This document shows positions 25,716-40,631 of a DNA stretch of 64,000 bases, piece by piece. The DNA is taken from assembly GCA_051362555.1 (NCBI GenBank), contig CM120646.1, positions 23,126,001 to 23,190,000 on the forward strand, written 5' to 3'. The DNA is from Lingula anatina. Taxonomy: Eukaryota > Animalia > Brachiopoda. Each line of letters opens with the position of its first letter. The first letter of the stretch is position 1. The translations under genes and the position numbers were made by a program. The notes under the pieces were generated by a model. It was given only the letters and a program-made list of their open reading frames with translations. It ran no database searches and was not told the origin of the DNA.

Positions 25716-28700
25716 AATACAAAAAATAAAAAGAATAATCCTTTGTTATTTTTAGGATAAGTTGAAACTGTTTAGTGAAAGAAAGAATGGTATATTTGCA
25801 GGAGAAATTGTTTTAAAGTTTTTTTTACATTGCTGTACTTAAAACTGCTTAAACAAGGTTTAAAAGCAAAAAGGTAGATTTGGTAACACTTAAACTGTCA
25901 AACAAGGAAAATCTATTGTAATATTATTTGACAATAGAACCTAAGTTTTCAACAAAGAAAAGACCCAAGTATATTGTGTAATATTTAACGTGTTCAACAA
26001 ATTACCATTATTGAGATGAGGAGCACTGCAAGCATCCTAATAGGATCCATTACTTTGAGAGGAAAAATAGACGGGGGTAATTTTGATCATTGAAAAAGCG
26101 CAGCAGGTAAATTCAAATTTAACTCAGCCCCTTGAGAAAGAAAAGTCTTTTCATTGAACTCCCTAGGTGCACCCTTTGGTGTCCTATGTTGCTGATAATT
26201 TCCCTGTCCTTTGGGGGCAATGAAAGAAAAACGGTCCTCTGCTACTAATCAACACAAATTGGTATAAATTGGTTGTCAACAGAGCCACTGGACACGATGA
26301 TTGCTCTGTATGCTGTCACAGGGTGAATTATGGCACTAGACTTTACTATCTAAGTGGGGATTAAGTGGACCAAAGTGGGAGTAATAATAGCTTGGACAAC
26401 AGATGGGCTTGTCTTGAGTAATTGGTTTTGATTGAGCTATGGTCAATACATAACATGGGTGATAGCATCCCCCTCCCCCTTTCTGGAGTCTGTCTCTCTC
26501 TCTCTCTCTCTCTCTGTTATTTGCTTCCTTTATTTCTTTCGCGCATTTAAATTTTTCAGTTATTATATATATATATATAGAGAGAGAGAGTTGAACAATT
26601 GAATATTTAATCAAATATTTTTTGTTTGGTTATGGAAATGTGTGTAGTCTCCGTTGATAAAATTGTTTTGAATTCTTGGCACTCGGCACATGGTCAGTAG
26701 AGAACAAGATCGACCTGATTTATCAGATGTTTAGATATATATAGTATGTCCATTTAATGCCCAGTGTGCCCCCCTCCTGCCCTGTCCTGTCCTGGAGGGA
26801 GGTTCTCACCTGACATTACTTAATGGACAGGTCATTAAGTCACTGACTGACCAACCACACTAACTGCCCTGGGGTCACTACTGGGATTTATGACATTGTA
26901 TTAGCAGGGAGAGGGTAGGACAGGGGGGAGTTTGATAAAAACAGCAAAGTTTTTTTCCATTTGTTATGTTTCAATGGTTTAGTATTTACTCTTATGTTAA
27001 CAGATTTTTTTAAAGAAAATATAAATTAGATGTTTTTAACCTGTATTTTTTACTTTTCATAAATTATCCTTTGGAATTTCTTTTTTTTTTATTATAAATG
27101 ATCAAACTTCTGCACTGAATACTGAGTTATGATAGAAATCATCTACATTTGAAATGAAGTTTTTTTTCGTTGATGATTAAAAAGTCAAACAGTGGTGTTT
27201 ATGTCTTAGATAGCCCCTGTGCTATTCTAGTTGTAGACAGCTATCACCCCTTCACAACAGGACTGATGTTAACTGGGCCTTGTAGTGATGTAACTGACTC
27301 ACTAATGGGTTGTTCCTATTGTCATTATTGTTGATGTTATGATGTGATAACAATGTGGAATAATGTTATTGTTATATACTGTATGGAGAGTTGACAGCGA
27401 TACATGTACAGTGAATGGATTGCAAGGAAGATTTGTTGAATTGTGAATATGGCTATAAGCAGCATGCAGTGGAAGTGGAGATATTGTACCTGAAGGAAAC
27501 AGTATTATTATGCTGACAATTCCACTGTTATTTTCAACAATATTGAACCAAGGGATGTTAATTCATGTACTTGAAGAAAATGTAAGTAGTGCTTACTAGA
27601 AAACAACAAAAAGAAATGTTCTTAAATCTACTGTCTTGGGAGCTAATAGCATGCATATATGTTTTTTCTTGTCAGACAATCGTAATGATGGTGTCACGAT
27701 GATCACGCATGTACATGTACAGCTTTAAGAGTTCAATCAGAGACCCAGATTAATATGAAGCACTGTTTACATGCCCATCATATTAACAACCCCTCAGACA
27801 TTATTGACATCCGACCAAGAATGTCACTCCCAGAGCTAAATCCCTGGTTGAGGTGGCACACACCGCGGTGGTCTGCCATCTTGTTCCATGTCCCTCCTGG
27901 CCACTATGAGTCCTGTCAGTGTATGTGTGAGTCTGGTCACTCTTTTCCCTGTGGCCTTCCCATCCTATTGTCTGTGAGTGTCTGTACCAGTCAGCAAAGC
28001 CTTGCCACTGAATATACATCCCCTCTAGAGTAGGCACTGAGGAAGTTTAATTAGCATTGTATTAATGATCACATTGCTAATAGGCTGTTTTGTTATCATG
28101 AAGATAATTTCTTTACCTTCACTTTTGTGAGTTGTAATTGAATCCCCAATCCCATTGTGAGTTAATGAAGACAATATTAAGAAGAGGTATTGGTTTGGAG
28201 TATTGATGAATTGTGTTGCGCGGGGTTGAAAAGCTGAAAGCGTTGGCAGATTAGCTGTTGCTTTTCTCTCTTTCTGCCTCGATGAATAATATTTGACTTA
28301 TTACTGATGTCAGGGAGTATGTTATTGATTCTCTGTTAACTCTCTGCATCTACAAGTATATCTCTTTTTACCTGTACTTGTGCCTGTCAGCATGCTGACT
28401 TCTTACATATCAGTAAAAATGTGTTTGCATGTGCATGTTCATGCGTGCAATAGGCATTCTTGTGCACGATCACTCTTTTATTTGCGTGTGTGATGCACGT
28501 GTTGGAACGAGTGATAAAGTCATGAGCACGTAGTGTATTGGTGACCAATAACACCTTTACAGATCTTTACAAGTGGTCAGTGAAGAGATTTGACCTGTGG
28601 TTAGTGGATATTGATGTCCAATGTTCACCCACTTCAGGTTCCTGTGTCCTGTTCCTCCCTCAGATGACTTAATAGCCATTGACGGGCATTGATTTCCTGA

Positions 28701-30659
28701 TTGCCTTTGCAGACAAAGTGCTACACTTTGTGTCACACGTCCTGTGCCTTTTGTTTTTATTAATATAATGACCGCGTCGTAAATGTAGCACATTGCTGAG
28801 CTGGCTTTTATCAATTTGCTCTAATTTGTTTCTTTAAACTAGACTATTTTTAGTTGTGCACATTAAGAAATATACTGGAATCAAACTTTAAAGTGAATTT
28901 TAAGTTAAAAAATAAATAAATATTAATCTATGTTTGTACTAGAAAAATAGTCAATGCTAAATAGTAGACTTAAAAATCATATAATAAAAATAGTTACAGG
29001 AGTATGTGACTGAACATATCCCTGCCTGTAACTGTGTGTAACACAACATTGTATTACATTGTGAAACAATATAACATTGTATAACAAGGAGTCACAATGA
29101 GTCGTAATGAAGTGAGATTATCAGCTTATTGTATTGAGTTCTAGTAATAGCAGGATTGATTGCAGCAGAATTGGGATATGTACCAGTGGGAAATAGATTG
29201 TTCTGCTCCGTGGGAATTGATTTAAGACTTTCTGTACAACAGTGATGAATACTTCATGAATGGACTGGCAGTTGTAGTATCTGTGTTTGCATGTTTGTAA
29301 TAAGTGTTACACATTGCTAGGAAAGATGTTCTTGTCAATGTAGATTATTGCTTTTATTTCTTCTTCAAATATGATACACCAGAATGAGGAAAGGTATACA
29401 TATTGCATATAATAAAAAATTAAATAATAAATATTGATATGTGTGAAAATCCTGATAATACTTTGTATTTATATAACCTTTAGCAACTGACTTAAACATA
29501 TATTTGATATTAATTATGTATTCCTGTATAATGGCAGTAACTTGTTGACTCTGACTTTGACTCTGTAGCAACTTTATTTGACCAAAGTGCCACAGCCTCT
29601 GTCTGTTACACTTTAGTTCAGTTTTACTCAGCTAAGTATAACTACAGTGCCTCACTCCATTAAACATTATAATTAATCTCATCCTCATCAGGGGCAGTAT
29701 TGATTGTTCATATACCCACAGTTATGGACAAGAAATATTTCCTGATTAAGTCCTGCACTTGGCTGTTATCCATGTTACAGGGCCCAAGTATCAGGCAGTT
29801 TGTCCCAGGAACATGGATGAGTCTGAAATTTCATTAACTTTCCTGTTTTACCTGCTTCATTGATTTGACATTAAAGCCCTGAAAGATGAAGATCAATTCC
29901 TGTTGCATGGCGTAAGGTAAATTATGTCTGTTTACACTGCCAGGGGCTCCAGTTTCACACCAATATATGAATTAATAAGGGTTATTTTGCAAGTCATCCA
30001 CTGTAAAATTAATAGTGAAAATTATTCTTTAAATTTATTCGTAAGACTGCCTCTTTGTCTCGAAAAATTAATCACCAAATCTAAGGACTTCAAAGTTTTT
30101 TGTGTAATGAATTGAAAATGGGCAAGGAATAGAAGTGATATAGAAAATGAAAAGAGACAGCGCATTTTTTTTTAAATCTTCAGTAACTTGTGAGAAGTGA
30201 TACATCTTCAGTTTAACAAGGTAATTAATCATACATTATTGCAATTGGAACAGCAAAAAATATACAATAATTATTTGTTTGAGGAGATAATAGTTATTCC
30301 CTGTTCCCTGCCAGAACCTCCTGACTGAGTGAAATAGAGCTGAAATGCAGAAAAGAAGAATATTGATTATTTTTCACAAGGAAATTGACACAGCTGAGAT
30401 TATGTAGATTTCCACAGGTGAAAACAATGCAGCGGCTTTAACAATCCATATGTATTGGAAACATGCTACTACCTATGGGCCCTTATAATGGATAACAAAT
30501 AAGTTGTGGTAATTATACATTTTCCTGACCTAAACTGTTCATGTTGTATGCAGGAAAGGAGGATTGCAGACTCAAAAGAACATCAAACAGCCAGTTGAAA
30601 AGGTGAAAACAAAATGGAGACTGAAGCCGTCTGTCAGTTTTTTAAAGGGGACCCAATCA

Positions 30660-30820
30660 GACGGATATGGATTAGAGGGCAGATGAGTTTTTGATATTTG
30701 ATTACGCGCGGAGAGTCATTGTGGACGTAACTTTGAGTTATTGTAGGTAGAGAATTGACTGAAACTAATGAAGCAAGCATCGTGGATTATGACGGCTGAC
30801 ATGCAGTCATGGAACTTCAT
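30660..30820 (+). other. Candidate alternative first exon with open frame MKQASWIMTADMQSWNF (ATG 30768) running to a phase-2 donor; start approximate
   Basis: CpG-retaining block, donor CAT|gtaaga at 30820, 17 codons + 2 nt. Confidence 0.4.
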
Positions 30821-31599
30821 GTAAGAAAACCATTAGCATGGGCAGGAAAAGATGAAGCCTGAAGTCTGCTTCTTACATTTGTGAATGATTTTAGGAATAA
30901 ATCAGGCAGGTGAATTACTTCATTTTACTTGGGTGATCATTATCAAGTAGATTGAACCTTGGCAGCTATGAGTGAATACAACTATTTTAAATGAATATAT
31001 TGGATAGACTGATTATCTAGATAGACTGTTATTATACGTACATACTCTGTACAATAGGCAGATTCTGAGAAATGAAGAATAATTTTAGTCACTCTGGAAA
31101 ATTACTACAAGCTATTTGGGCAAAGATTTTGTCATGAACTGAGCTATATATAGGATGAGGTTATTGTGGTAAATAGCATAGTTTGTGGTTTAATGTCAGA
31201 CCTGTAAAACAAACAGCCTCATCAGTTTGATAAGATGTTGCAATTTGGTCATTACTAGCTTTCTTATTGAATCTTCTTATTCAATCGCCGTGATTCTTAT
31301 ACATGAAAAGTGTCCATTAGGAGGAAGGAACCAAGAGATAAAAGTTGACATCAGATATTAAATATGTGACAGCATTTACAAACTGATTTATTTAGCAATA
31401 GCCAGAAACTGTGGCATGATGTTACAATTAAGCACGGCAATATCTAATAATAGTTCGTGTGACATTATAAAAGATTCTGGCTCACAAAATTAAAAAATAT
31501 ATATTACATATAAATAGACACCTTAATGGAAAAACAACAAGATCATCAATCGATAGCCACAGTTTAATAAAGGAGGAGGTGACAGGAAGAAGGGGAATG

Positions 31600-31732
31600 A
31601 GACGGTGTGTGTGTGAGTCGAGGAGAACCTGTGCGAGCTGAGGACGTGATCCAACGTTGCCATAATGGCCTCACTTAAGCTTATGATGGATGTTTACACA
31701 ATGCTGTTCTGTCGTTCACACGCCAGAAGCTG
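31600..31732 (+). other. Candidate alternative first exon with open frame MASLKLMMDVYTMLFCRSHARS (ATG 31665) running to a phase-2 donor; start approximate
   Basis: CpG-retaining block, good Kozak context (ataATGG), donor CTG|gtaagg at 31732. Confidence 0.55.
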
Positions 31733-33214
31733 GTAAGGTGTCATTTTTAGTGATTAGACATCTGCTAACTGATCACAATGCTGCTCATATCTTTTAATAT
31801 TTACAATGGATCTGTTTTGGCATAATGGATATCTGCTGCATCTATAATGGCAAGATAATGGTAGCTGATGCTTTAGGGGAATATCTGGGATAAGCGCTTG
31901 CTGATGGATTTTTTGTTTCTGGTGACAATGACAATTCTGGATGTAACGGATGGATTTAATGTCAGATAATGTGTGCTTGATGTCACCAAGTGGGTGCTAG
32001 ACTGGAGAATATATGACAGTCCAGGTTCTTTCTGTTGGATCTAGAGTGATTTTCAAGGTGATAAAAGCTACATTGTCAGGTGGCTGGTGTTGTTGATGTT
32101 GTTTTATCGAATTCTAGGCAATTTGTCTGGGTAGTTTATTATAAAATGGCAAGCTGTCTGCACCAGCACTTACATATACTGGTATAGTACATGTATGTTT
32201 TTTGTCAATTATTCTAAATGTAGGTAATATGTCCCAGCATGGTGATGCTGTTATTTCATATCCAGGTAATGTAGCCTAAACAGGTTGAAATCAATATAAT
32301 ATAATATAGGTACGGGTATAAGATATGATATGGTTTCTGTGTTTTGACACAGAATATCAGTACATCATTAAGTGGAATGATTGTATACAATTTTTTAGGC
32401 AAATAGTCCTTTATTGAGTTAAAAGAGAATCTGTGCTCTAATTGCAAGTGAATAAATCTGATGAACAATATGTGAAATAAAGCTGGCAGGTAAAATTTAT
32501 GTAACATACTATAGTGGGCTTAACAGTGCATATGTGATATAAATTTATGATGTGGTGTAAGCTTTTTGTACTTCCTAAATTCTAATATAAGAAACTGCAG
32601 TGCATGTTCTCCAGGAAATCAGCCTCGGATATATTTTTAGATTTATCCTGATTGATCTGAGGATTTACAGCTCTACATAGACATGGCTTACGTCTTATAG
32701 TTGACATGGAGTCAATGTGATAGATTTACCAGAGATTACCACAGAATGCCTAATTGAGCACTTAATTGGTTTAAGAATATTTTATATACCATGCTGATTT
32801 TTTTACAGTTTCGTTAGTATAAGCATTTAGTTGAATTAAACCTAGTAAGTAAGGCTGCATTTATGTTGGCCAAATTTTGCTTTATCACATTAAATGTTGA
32901 AACAAGCTCATTTTACAAAGTGATTATATTGTACTCGATACCCTTGATCTAGAAGCAATTTGAACCAGAAGAACAGGCAGCAATGATATATTGTTCCTAT
33001 GCCCTAATGAAATGAAAAGGATGCTCTGAGATCTAATTAGGTGATGGCTTTATAACTGTCTTCATCAGATAGCACTGGTATTAAATTAATAGCAACAATA
33101 ATTTCTATTCATCATTGGCATTAAGGCTGAATTCTGTTGTGTCAGTGATAATACTGTGATATGAATATTTCACAGCTCTGTTTGATTTTATATTCTCTTT
33201 GTTTTTCATTTCAG

Positions 33215-33258
33215 AAAATTACAATTGTTGAAAGAAGACACAGTGACTTATTCTACAG
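33215..33258 (+). other. Short internal exon C (44 nt)
   Basis: Acceptor tattctctttgtttttcatttcag| and donor CAG|gtaaga. Confidence 0.75.
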
Positions 33259-36200
33259 GTAAGAGAAAATCTGTATTTCCTGCAAAACTGGGAGTGCAAA
33301 TGATCTCAAATTAGATAGACATTGTTTGTTATGTACAGTCCTTGGATTATTTGTTTAGCATTGCTGTATGCTGTGCATGACAAACAAATGACAGCAGATA
33401 ATTGAAAAATAACCTTACAAAGTAAAAGTTTGTTACCCTCAATTTCACCTTATAGTTATGCCAGTTTATACCATCAAATACCTAAACTGACACATGTATA
33501 ACAGTGTTGTTTTACAAGATTTTTTTCTAGACCCCTCGTTCTGGCCAAACAATTAGGCTTCTTTGCTGAGGTCTCCCCCCCCCACCTCCCCTGCCATCAA
33601 AGCTACCCCTGCATTAATTAATCAATATCAAAAACTGAGGTAATATTAACAGTGTTGGCTTCCATCACTTGGGAACAATAGTATGCCAGGCGCGATAAGT
33701 GAATCTTACCTGCGACCTTCATAAAGCTATGGCAGAGGAGTTCAGCTTGTCATGCAATGCTGTAATTGAGGGTCTTCTCCCCAGGGGGAGCTGTAGTTAG
33801 GGCGATGTGAACTATTGGATTTTTGTGTGCGGCAAGAAGATGATGTTGTTGTGTCAGTCTGGAAGAATATGCAGTTGATTATGTGATATGATTTTTTATA
33901 TGATTGTGTTTTATGGATACAGGTTGATTGACTGTCAGTTGTCTTCAGAAAATAAAATTGTCAGTCCTCTGTTATCAAATTAATTCATTAGAAGTCCAGC
34001 AAAAGTTGAATAGCATTTTACATGCACCAGGTATGAAACCAATGTTTGGCAAATTATTTTTATTACCTGGGATGCAAGTATGAATCAGTTATCATGATAA
34101 TAATATAAGTGTCTCAAAAGTGAAGTATTTGTGTATTTCACTCTTTATTTGGCACGTGGCAGTGAGATGAATACTGCAGTTTAAGACTGTTAGCATTTGA
34201 ATCGGCAAACCATAGGCGACAGTTAGTATGCTTATCAGCAGAACAAATGGGAATTAATGGTGTTTTTATGGGCAAATTACCATTTGTGTGTAAAGTGAAG
34301 TGTCCAATTTGATTCCAGGTCTGAAATATAAACACATGCTTGTATAATTTCCCCACTTGTCACCAGACTTGGTTGTCATGGCAGAAAGACATACAAATGC
34401 AGTATTTGGGATTATATCGTCTCAGTTTGAACATTCTGTAGCCAATAGTGTTCTGTGAGTACAAACAGGTTTGGACAGCCTAATAGTAAAGAAATAGCCT
34501 CAAATTGTACCTTTCATTTTGGTTTTTATTTATGGTTGGGATATGATATGGTATTGTTAACTGTTGTAATAACCATAATATAACCTGAAAAGTTGCATTA
34601 TGGCTTCAGGGTATAATTTTGTGCAGATGTTTTTTTTTAAATAAGGATATCTCTGTTGCCTCAAGTGGTTTTAGATTAGGGAAATTATAGAAGTAATGGG
34701 AAAAAATGAGCCTCACATCTTTTATTGACAGCTGACTTACTGAACTTTGCCTTTTTATGTAGAATTTGTTTTTATGATGTATTTTTATGAGACCAGTTTA
34801 AGTGGCTTTGAAAAGCAAAGTTGAAACATAGATGCCAAAGAGGACAGCCAAGTATATAATCAAAATATTATTTATTTATTTATTTTTACCAGTCATTTTA
34901 TACCCACATTGTTTTAACTGCTTTCCAAGTGCTCTGTTATGGCATTAATTTTTAATCTTTAATTTCTTCATTCTTTTTCTCTCTCTCATATCCACAACAT
35001 AGTAACTCGTCCACCCAGACCCAGTAGACAAACCCAGCTCATTGATCTGCTCCATAAACTCAATACACAAAGTCTGTAACTTTGCCTTAAGTGACTACCA
35101 TTGATCCACTGACCTCCGACAAAGGCGGGGTCGCTAGTGTGGGGGGTGGGGGACGGAGGGATGTGGGCCGTGACATTGTTCTTGGACACTTATTTCTTTA
35201 AGGTTCTCAACATTGAAAGAATATTGCGATAAACAGTCTAATAGGTTAGTTGATAGAGTCTGATTCTTGTTATTATGAAAGGGATTGCCTTTATAGATTT
35301 GGCCCTCCTGTATTAATTTATATGATAGTTCTTGACTGTAGATTGTGCTATGACACATATTGGCATGTTCAAAAGGCATTGGTGATACTGAAAGAGTGTG
35401 TTAGTCTGGTGATATATGTCTGTGAGTATACCATTCATAGCCCATTGGTCAATTAGTGACTTTTGAATTATGTAGCTTTGGAACCAAAGGTTTCTCCTGT
35501 TACTTAGTGAAGAATAAAAGGCATCTTTTTTGGTCATGGTCAGGGTTTGCTGTCATAATTCATTTGTGATTTAAAAGTATACTAATTTGAAAGAAAAATT
35601 TGAAAATGATACCAATATTTCTAATATTTCTGTCTTAAAAAGTTTTAATTTGACTTGGATATATTTGTCTTCTTTAAATCTAAGTGAAATAAGTTGCCAT
35701 TGGCTTGTAAAGAACTAAACCAAATTTAGGATGGAAACTTGTAAATGAAGCCCAAATTTATCCATGTGATGAAAATAAATACAGTAAAATCAGACAGGGA
35801 TTTTTCAAGACTGTCTGACTTCTTTAGACCCACATTCTTCCTGCTCTTGTGTTCAGACTATTTCACTATTCTTTTCCGTCTCCTGTTGCACATATAATGA
35901 TGTTCCTGTATAAAAGCACCCCGTGTGCTCTGACCTGTCTCTGTGCGTTTCATTATGCATGGGTAATAGTAATGACCTGATGAATGCGGGGTACCAGAGA
36001 AAGCAGATGCAAGCCACGCGGGTCGTCGTTTCTGGACAGCCACCGTTGCAAGATTTGCCATTTAAATTTTAAATGCCCAGATAGAAACTGTTTTCTTGTT
36101 ACTTATACATGAAAAGGGCTTACTTGGGTGATTCGAAAAAAAAAAAATAAAAAATACAGCAGTGGCTGTTTGCCAAGAAAATTTAAATGCCCAAGTAAAA

Positions 36201-37839
36201 ATAGCAACCAAATTATTTATACATGGATAGGGCTGTCCCAGGTGAGTTTTAAAGTTTGTCATTTATGTGTAAGATGCCCAGGTGGAAAGGAAGCTGGTAA
36301 AAAATAGTCTTAAATATCTGTGAGCTATCCCATTGTTAACCTTTGTCTGAATTTTCATCTATTTTCATGAGATATTTTCATTTCACAAGCAAGAACCTTT
36401 ACTCTAGTTTTGCTAAAGTGTCTGTATTTTCAGGCACAGAAATAAATAAATTATGAATAGTTATTCAGTAAATAAATGAAAACCCTGCTGTGGGAAATAA
36501 AAATGGTTATCAGAGGCATCCCAGCTAGTTCTCCCATCATGATGAATTCACAGCAATCATTGGTCACAGAGTTGGCCAGCTTATAATTAACTTTTACCTT
36601 ATTAATGGAATAGCAGTATATAACAGTATGTATGATAGACTTAGATACAGCTCCTGTTATTAAAACTACTTTGGTATGTGTGAAATTGGTGGAGACTGAT
36701 ATTATTATTAATACAGATACAGGGCACCAGGAGTGTTATTGCCATGCCCCATTACTGCATGGTATCAACCCTTCTTCATAGTTATATTTGTTATCCATGT
36801 TTGTGTTGTAATGATTTATTTGATACTGCTGAACTATGGATAAATATGGCATGCCATATCAGCTAGTGGTGGTAGGGACATATAAGCTGACAGAGCTTAT
36901 CGCACACCAAATCTGAATTTATTTCACCCCAGTTATCGCACATTGGGGGAAATGGCATGAATGGAGAGATTAATTCACAGTTGTTGAACAGTCAATTCTG
37001 TGGCTTTGTGAATTAATTTTGGCATCGTATCTATTATCAGTCATCTGAAATATCAGGACCCTTCTTTCCTTCTTCCGGTCCACAATGTGTTGTGCTGGAA
37101 CCTATAACAGACAAGAAAAACATTTATTCGGATGAGTAAAGCATGTGGGATGTGATTGTCCACTGCGTGCTAATAGTAATTAGTTTGTAGATTCCATAAA
37201 GAGGGGATGCTTGGTGACAGTAGGCTGTGGTATTGACATAATCAGAGACAAAACCTCAGTAAAAACTTTGTTGCTTTCGTTTGATACAAAGTAAACACCT
37301 GTCTTTTGAGCACAGTCAGGACGAGGGACATCCCTCTTTGTCATTGCTACTTGGTGTGACATTTTTGTACATTTTGGTATTTGATGTTAAAGTGTCACAT
37401 TTGGGTGGTCTTAGATGTTTTATAAAGGAAGAAGCAAAGTGAATATAAAATGGTTTGATATTAATAGACATTTATTATCAGTAGGTGTAATGGTATGATA
37501 TATTTTTGTAACTTCCTCTTCTGAGTTTGTCTTACCAGGCTGCATTTTTCAGCAACATTTCAACATCAACGTAAATTATGAAAGAAATAGACCTTTCATT
37601 ATAAAAAAGCTATGTCATATAGATTTTAAAAGTTAAAAACCTCTATGTAAGGTTATTAAAGACAATTACAATTTGACACAAAACACCTAGAAACATTGAC
37701 ATTGATCCATTTCCCCTCCCCCTCTCCCTTAGATCTCTATGGGACCTGTTGTGCCTCATTTCTGTGGTGTGGGGACTGTCTTTACCCCCTGATTCTCAGA
37801 TGCATACTAATGATAACAGGCTGCCTTTGCTGAGTATAG

Positions 37840-37959
37840 TGGGGACGAGTGAGTGAACGAGCAGCAAGCAGTAGTAATTCACCGCCTGACGCGTCCTTGT
37901 AAATAGGTTGACAGGTAGATCAGGGAAGGTCACTTTAAGCTGTGTGGTTTCTACAACAG
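37840..37959 (+). other. Candidate non-coding alternative first exon; start approximate
   Basis: CpG-retaining block, no ATG, consensus donor CAG|gtgagt. Confidence 0.55.
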
Positions 37960-40469
37960 GTGAGTTTTAATGGCAGGATTCTGTCGACTTTGGGTAAAAT
38001 CACCCGAAATGTGCATTTTAGGTAATGATGGATGTTTGTGATGTTGTCCATATTGTCGGAATGTCCACTGGGTAATGCAAGGTGAACGACCATCAGTTGT
38101 TGACATTCCGAGCTGTACTATAGTCCTAAGGCTAAAAAAATCAATGGCTGATTTCAGTCAAGTTAAATAGATGCACAGACAATATATATTGATTCTTATT
38201 ACTGCAAACTTATGGTTAGATGATGACACTTAGAATAATTGTCAATTGAAATACAGGGATGTTTGATAAAGTTAAATAGATACACTGACAATATGTATTG
38301 ATTCCCATTATTGTCAACTGTTGTTGAATGATGGTAAGATGATGACATTTGAAATAATTGTCAGTTGAAAGGCAGGGAAGTTTTAATTGAAAAGACAAAT
38401 ATTATATTCATAATTGGTATATTGCAATTACTTATAAAATGCTATGAGGTTGGATTTGAATTGGATAACTGCTGTAAACAGTGCTTTCAAAAACAATTAC
38501 ATTTAGAATGGCTAGATTCACTCCATTGTAGTATAGAAGATAGTATTGTTGTGTGATAAGATATATTACTGATCCCAAACTGAGCCAGGCACATTGCATG
38601 ATGATGCCAATTAAAGAAACAAATTAACAATAGAGACAATTGAGGACGCCGCTTGAGAAGAATGTTTTTCACATAATTAGATAGACATTACAAAAAAAAG
38701 AAAATGTTTGGACGCTTTTCAATGAAAGACACTTCTATGCTTCTATTAACCAACTTATTTACAAAATAAGTCAGTTCAAATTAAAAGGTTGTGGCTCGTT
38801 TACTGAGGTAAAAAAATGTTCAAAATAATCAGGTACAGAAATCTTCAAGTTAGCAATTTAAAATAGCAAGTTCTGTTGTAACTCCACATAAAGCAATATG
38901 AAACCAAGAGAACCTGGGAGAAGAGAGAAACCATACACCTGTATAGGTCATATCTAGTCAGTGATTTTCAACTAACAGTAGAATGGATGTTTACAAAATA
39001 ACACATTGTGTGGGTTCTTTCATCAAATACATTGTAGTGGTAGAGCTAAGCGGCCTGCAAACTTTGATACCGGAGCCGAGGCATTGACTGTATTAGTTTC
39101 AATATGACACAAGGAGGATTGTGCACCTTTTCAGCGTGGTTGAGAACTTAGCCATTTTTTTCTTGAAGTGTCTTGCATGTTTTTGAGTTAAAATGTCATA
39201 TAAAATACAGGTGCATCGAGTTTTATTCGTACATAACTGAGCAGAGATGTTATGGTCTGTATTAATTCTCTTTATCAGATTTATATGGGAAATATGAAAA
39301 TAGAATTTATGCCTGCTATTTGAGTTTGTAGTCATAAGAAAAAATACAACAAAGAGGGATTTGGGGTCTTTTGTCTAAGTTGATGAAGGTTACTGGTTAC
39401 CAGCTGCCCTAGAAGACTCGCTGAGCAACAATTAAGTACCGACATGTTAAGACAAAGAAGTGTCATTGTCATAAAACATCTCTTAAAAGTCATGGAGGGA
39501 ATTAAAGTTGAATTTGAATACAGTCAAAGTCACCTCGTATACGGCACCAAATTGTTTTAAGTTTAGACCAAACAGCTTCATGCCAGTTTTATGACCATAT
39601 TTTTACCATGGTATTGTACCATAAAACAAAGAGGAATTAAATTCTCCATGCCGTAACTGTCTTTTCTCCAAGGGAGGGACGTGGAGTTGTTTGCCCAGCG
39701 TTTAACCCCTACTTGACAACACTTGTCCCTGTTCATGTTAATTGGTCTTATCAGCTGATTGGCCACGGTGAAGTGCCGTAATGGCGCAATCACTGGTAGT
39801 ATACTGGAGGCAAAAACAAACAGTGTGTCACGCCAGAGAGGCTCGGGTCTAATCCAGCTTTATGATAGAATAGGTATATGGCATAAATTTGAAGATTTCA
39901 TAGCAACCTATCTGAAACATACATTGAAGAATAGGATGACTAAGTATGATTAATACGCAAGAATATCTTGTATATAATAAACAACTTTACTTATAAAAGC
40001 ATATACATATTTATATTAAAAGAAGTATGCAAAATATTTATGAGAAGCTTAAAATATTAGTTTTAGCTAATTTTGATCTAAAATCATGTAGAAAAGAAAA
40101 TATATGGATAAACCTGTGGGTGATTTCCATGGAGTTTGAATCAAATACCTGTAAAATATTATCATAAATATTGCTTATTATAATATGTGCACAAAGAAGA
40201 GATGAAACCATCTTTCCATTGTTTTGTCTGTCTTTATCAGTGCCATAGGTAAGCTAGGGGAGGGTAATGTCAACCTTACTAGCTATATCCTTCTAGCTTT
40301 ATCTCAGGAAGATGTTTACTTCCATGAATTTAATGGACCAATGATATTAGAGCAGCCATTGAAGTTCCTCGGCACACGTATTGCCGATAAGTCGCTTTGA
40401 TAGCGTGACCTATCTACACACATTTAGGTAAAGACACAGAGGTTGTAGTAATAGTGTTACACGTACAAG

Positions 40470-40631
40470 ACAAAGGTTGCGACTTTTTTGTTGGTGTTGA
40501 CACTTTTATTTGGATATTTGTACTGAGGAAGCGTTTTTTTCAAAAGAAATGAATTGACTTATAGGAAAGTAGTAGGGGCTGATTTCTTTTTTAAGGAGAT
40601 TCAGTTAAAGAGAAGCTACAGACTTGTTCAG
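40470..40631 (+). other. Candidate non-coding alternative first exon; start approximate
   Basis: Donor CAG|gtgagc at 40631, preceded by a CpG-retaining block (~40370-40530). Confidence 0.4.

Noticed and set aside
27466-27528. miR-1993-like TATTATGCTGA within a loose hairpin (GCAGTGGAA...TTCCACTGT)
   Set aside because: Only the outer 9 bp pair well. The seed region is poorly paired and the 3' half differs from the known mature sequence.
35897-35980. C/D snoRNA-like ATGATG...CTGA
   Set aside because: Imperfect C box, no terminal stem, and no recognisable rRNA guide.
35541-36488. Possible hAT-like element CAGGGTTT...AAACCCTG
   Set aside because: Only an 8-bp inverted match and no TSD.
39364-39419. 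miR-22/745-like CAGCTGCCCTAGAAGACTC in an imperfect hairpin
   Set aside because: A 4x4 internal loop overlaps the seed and many pairs are G-U. Not convincing without small-RNA reads.
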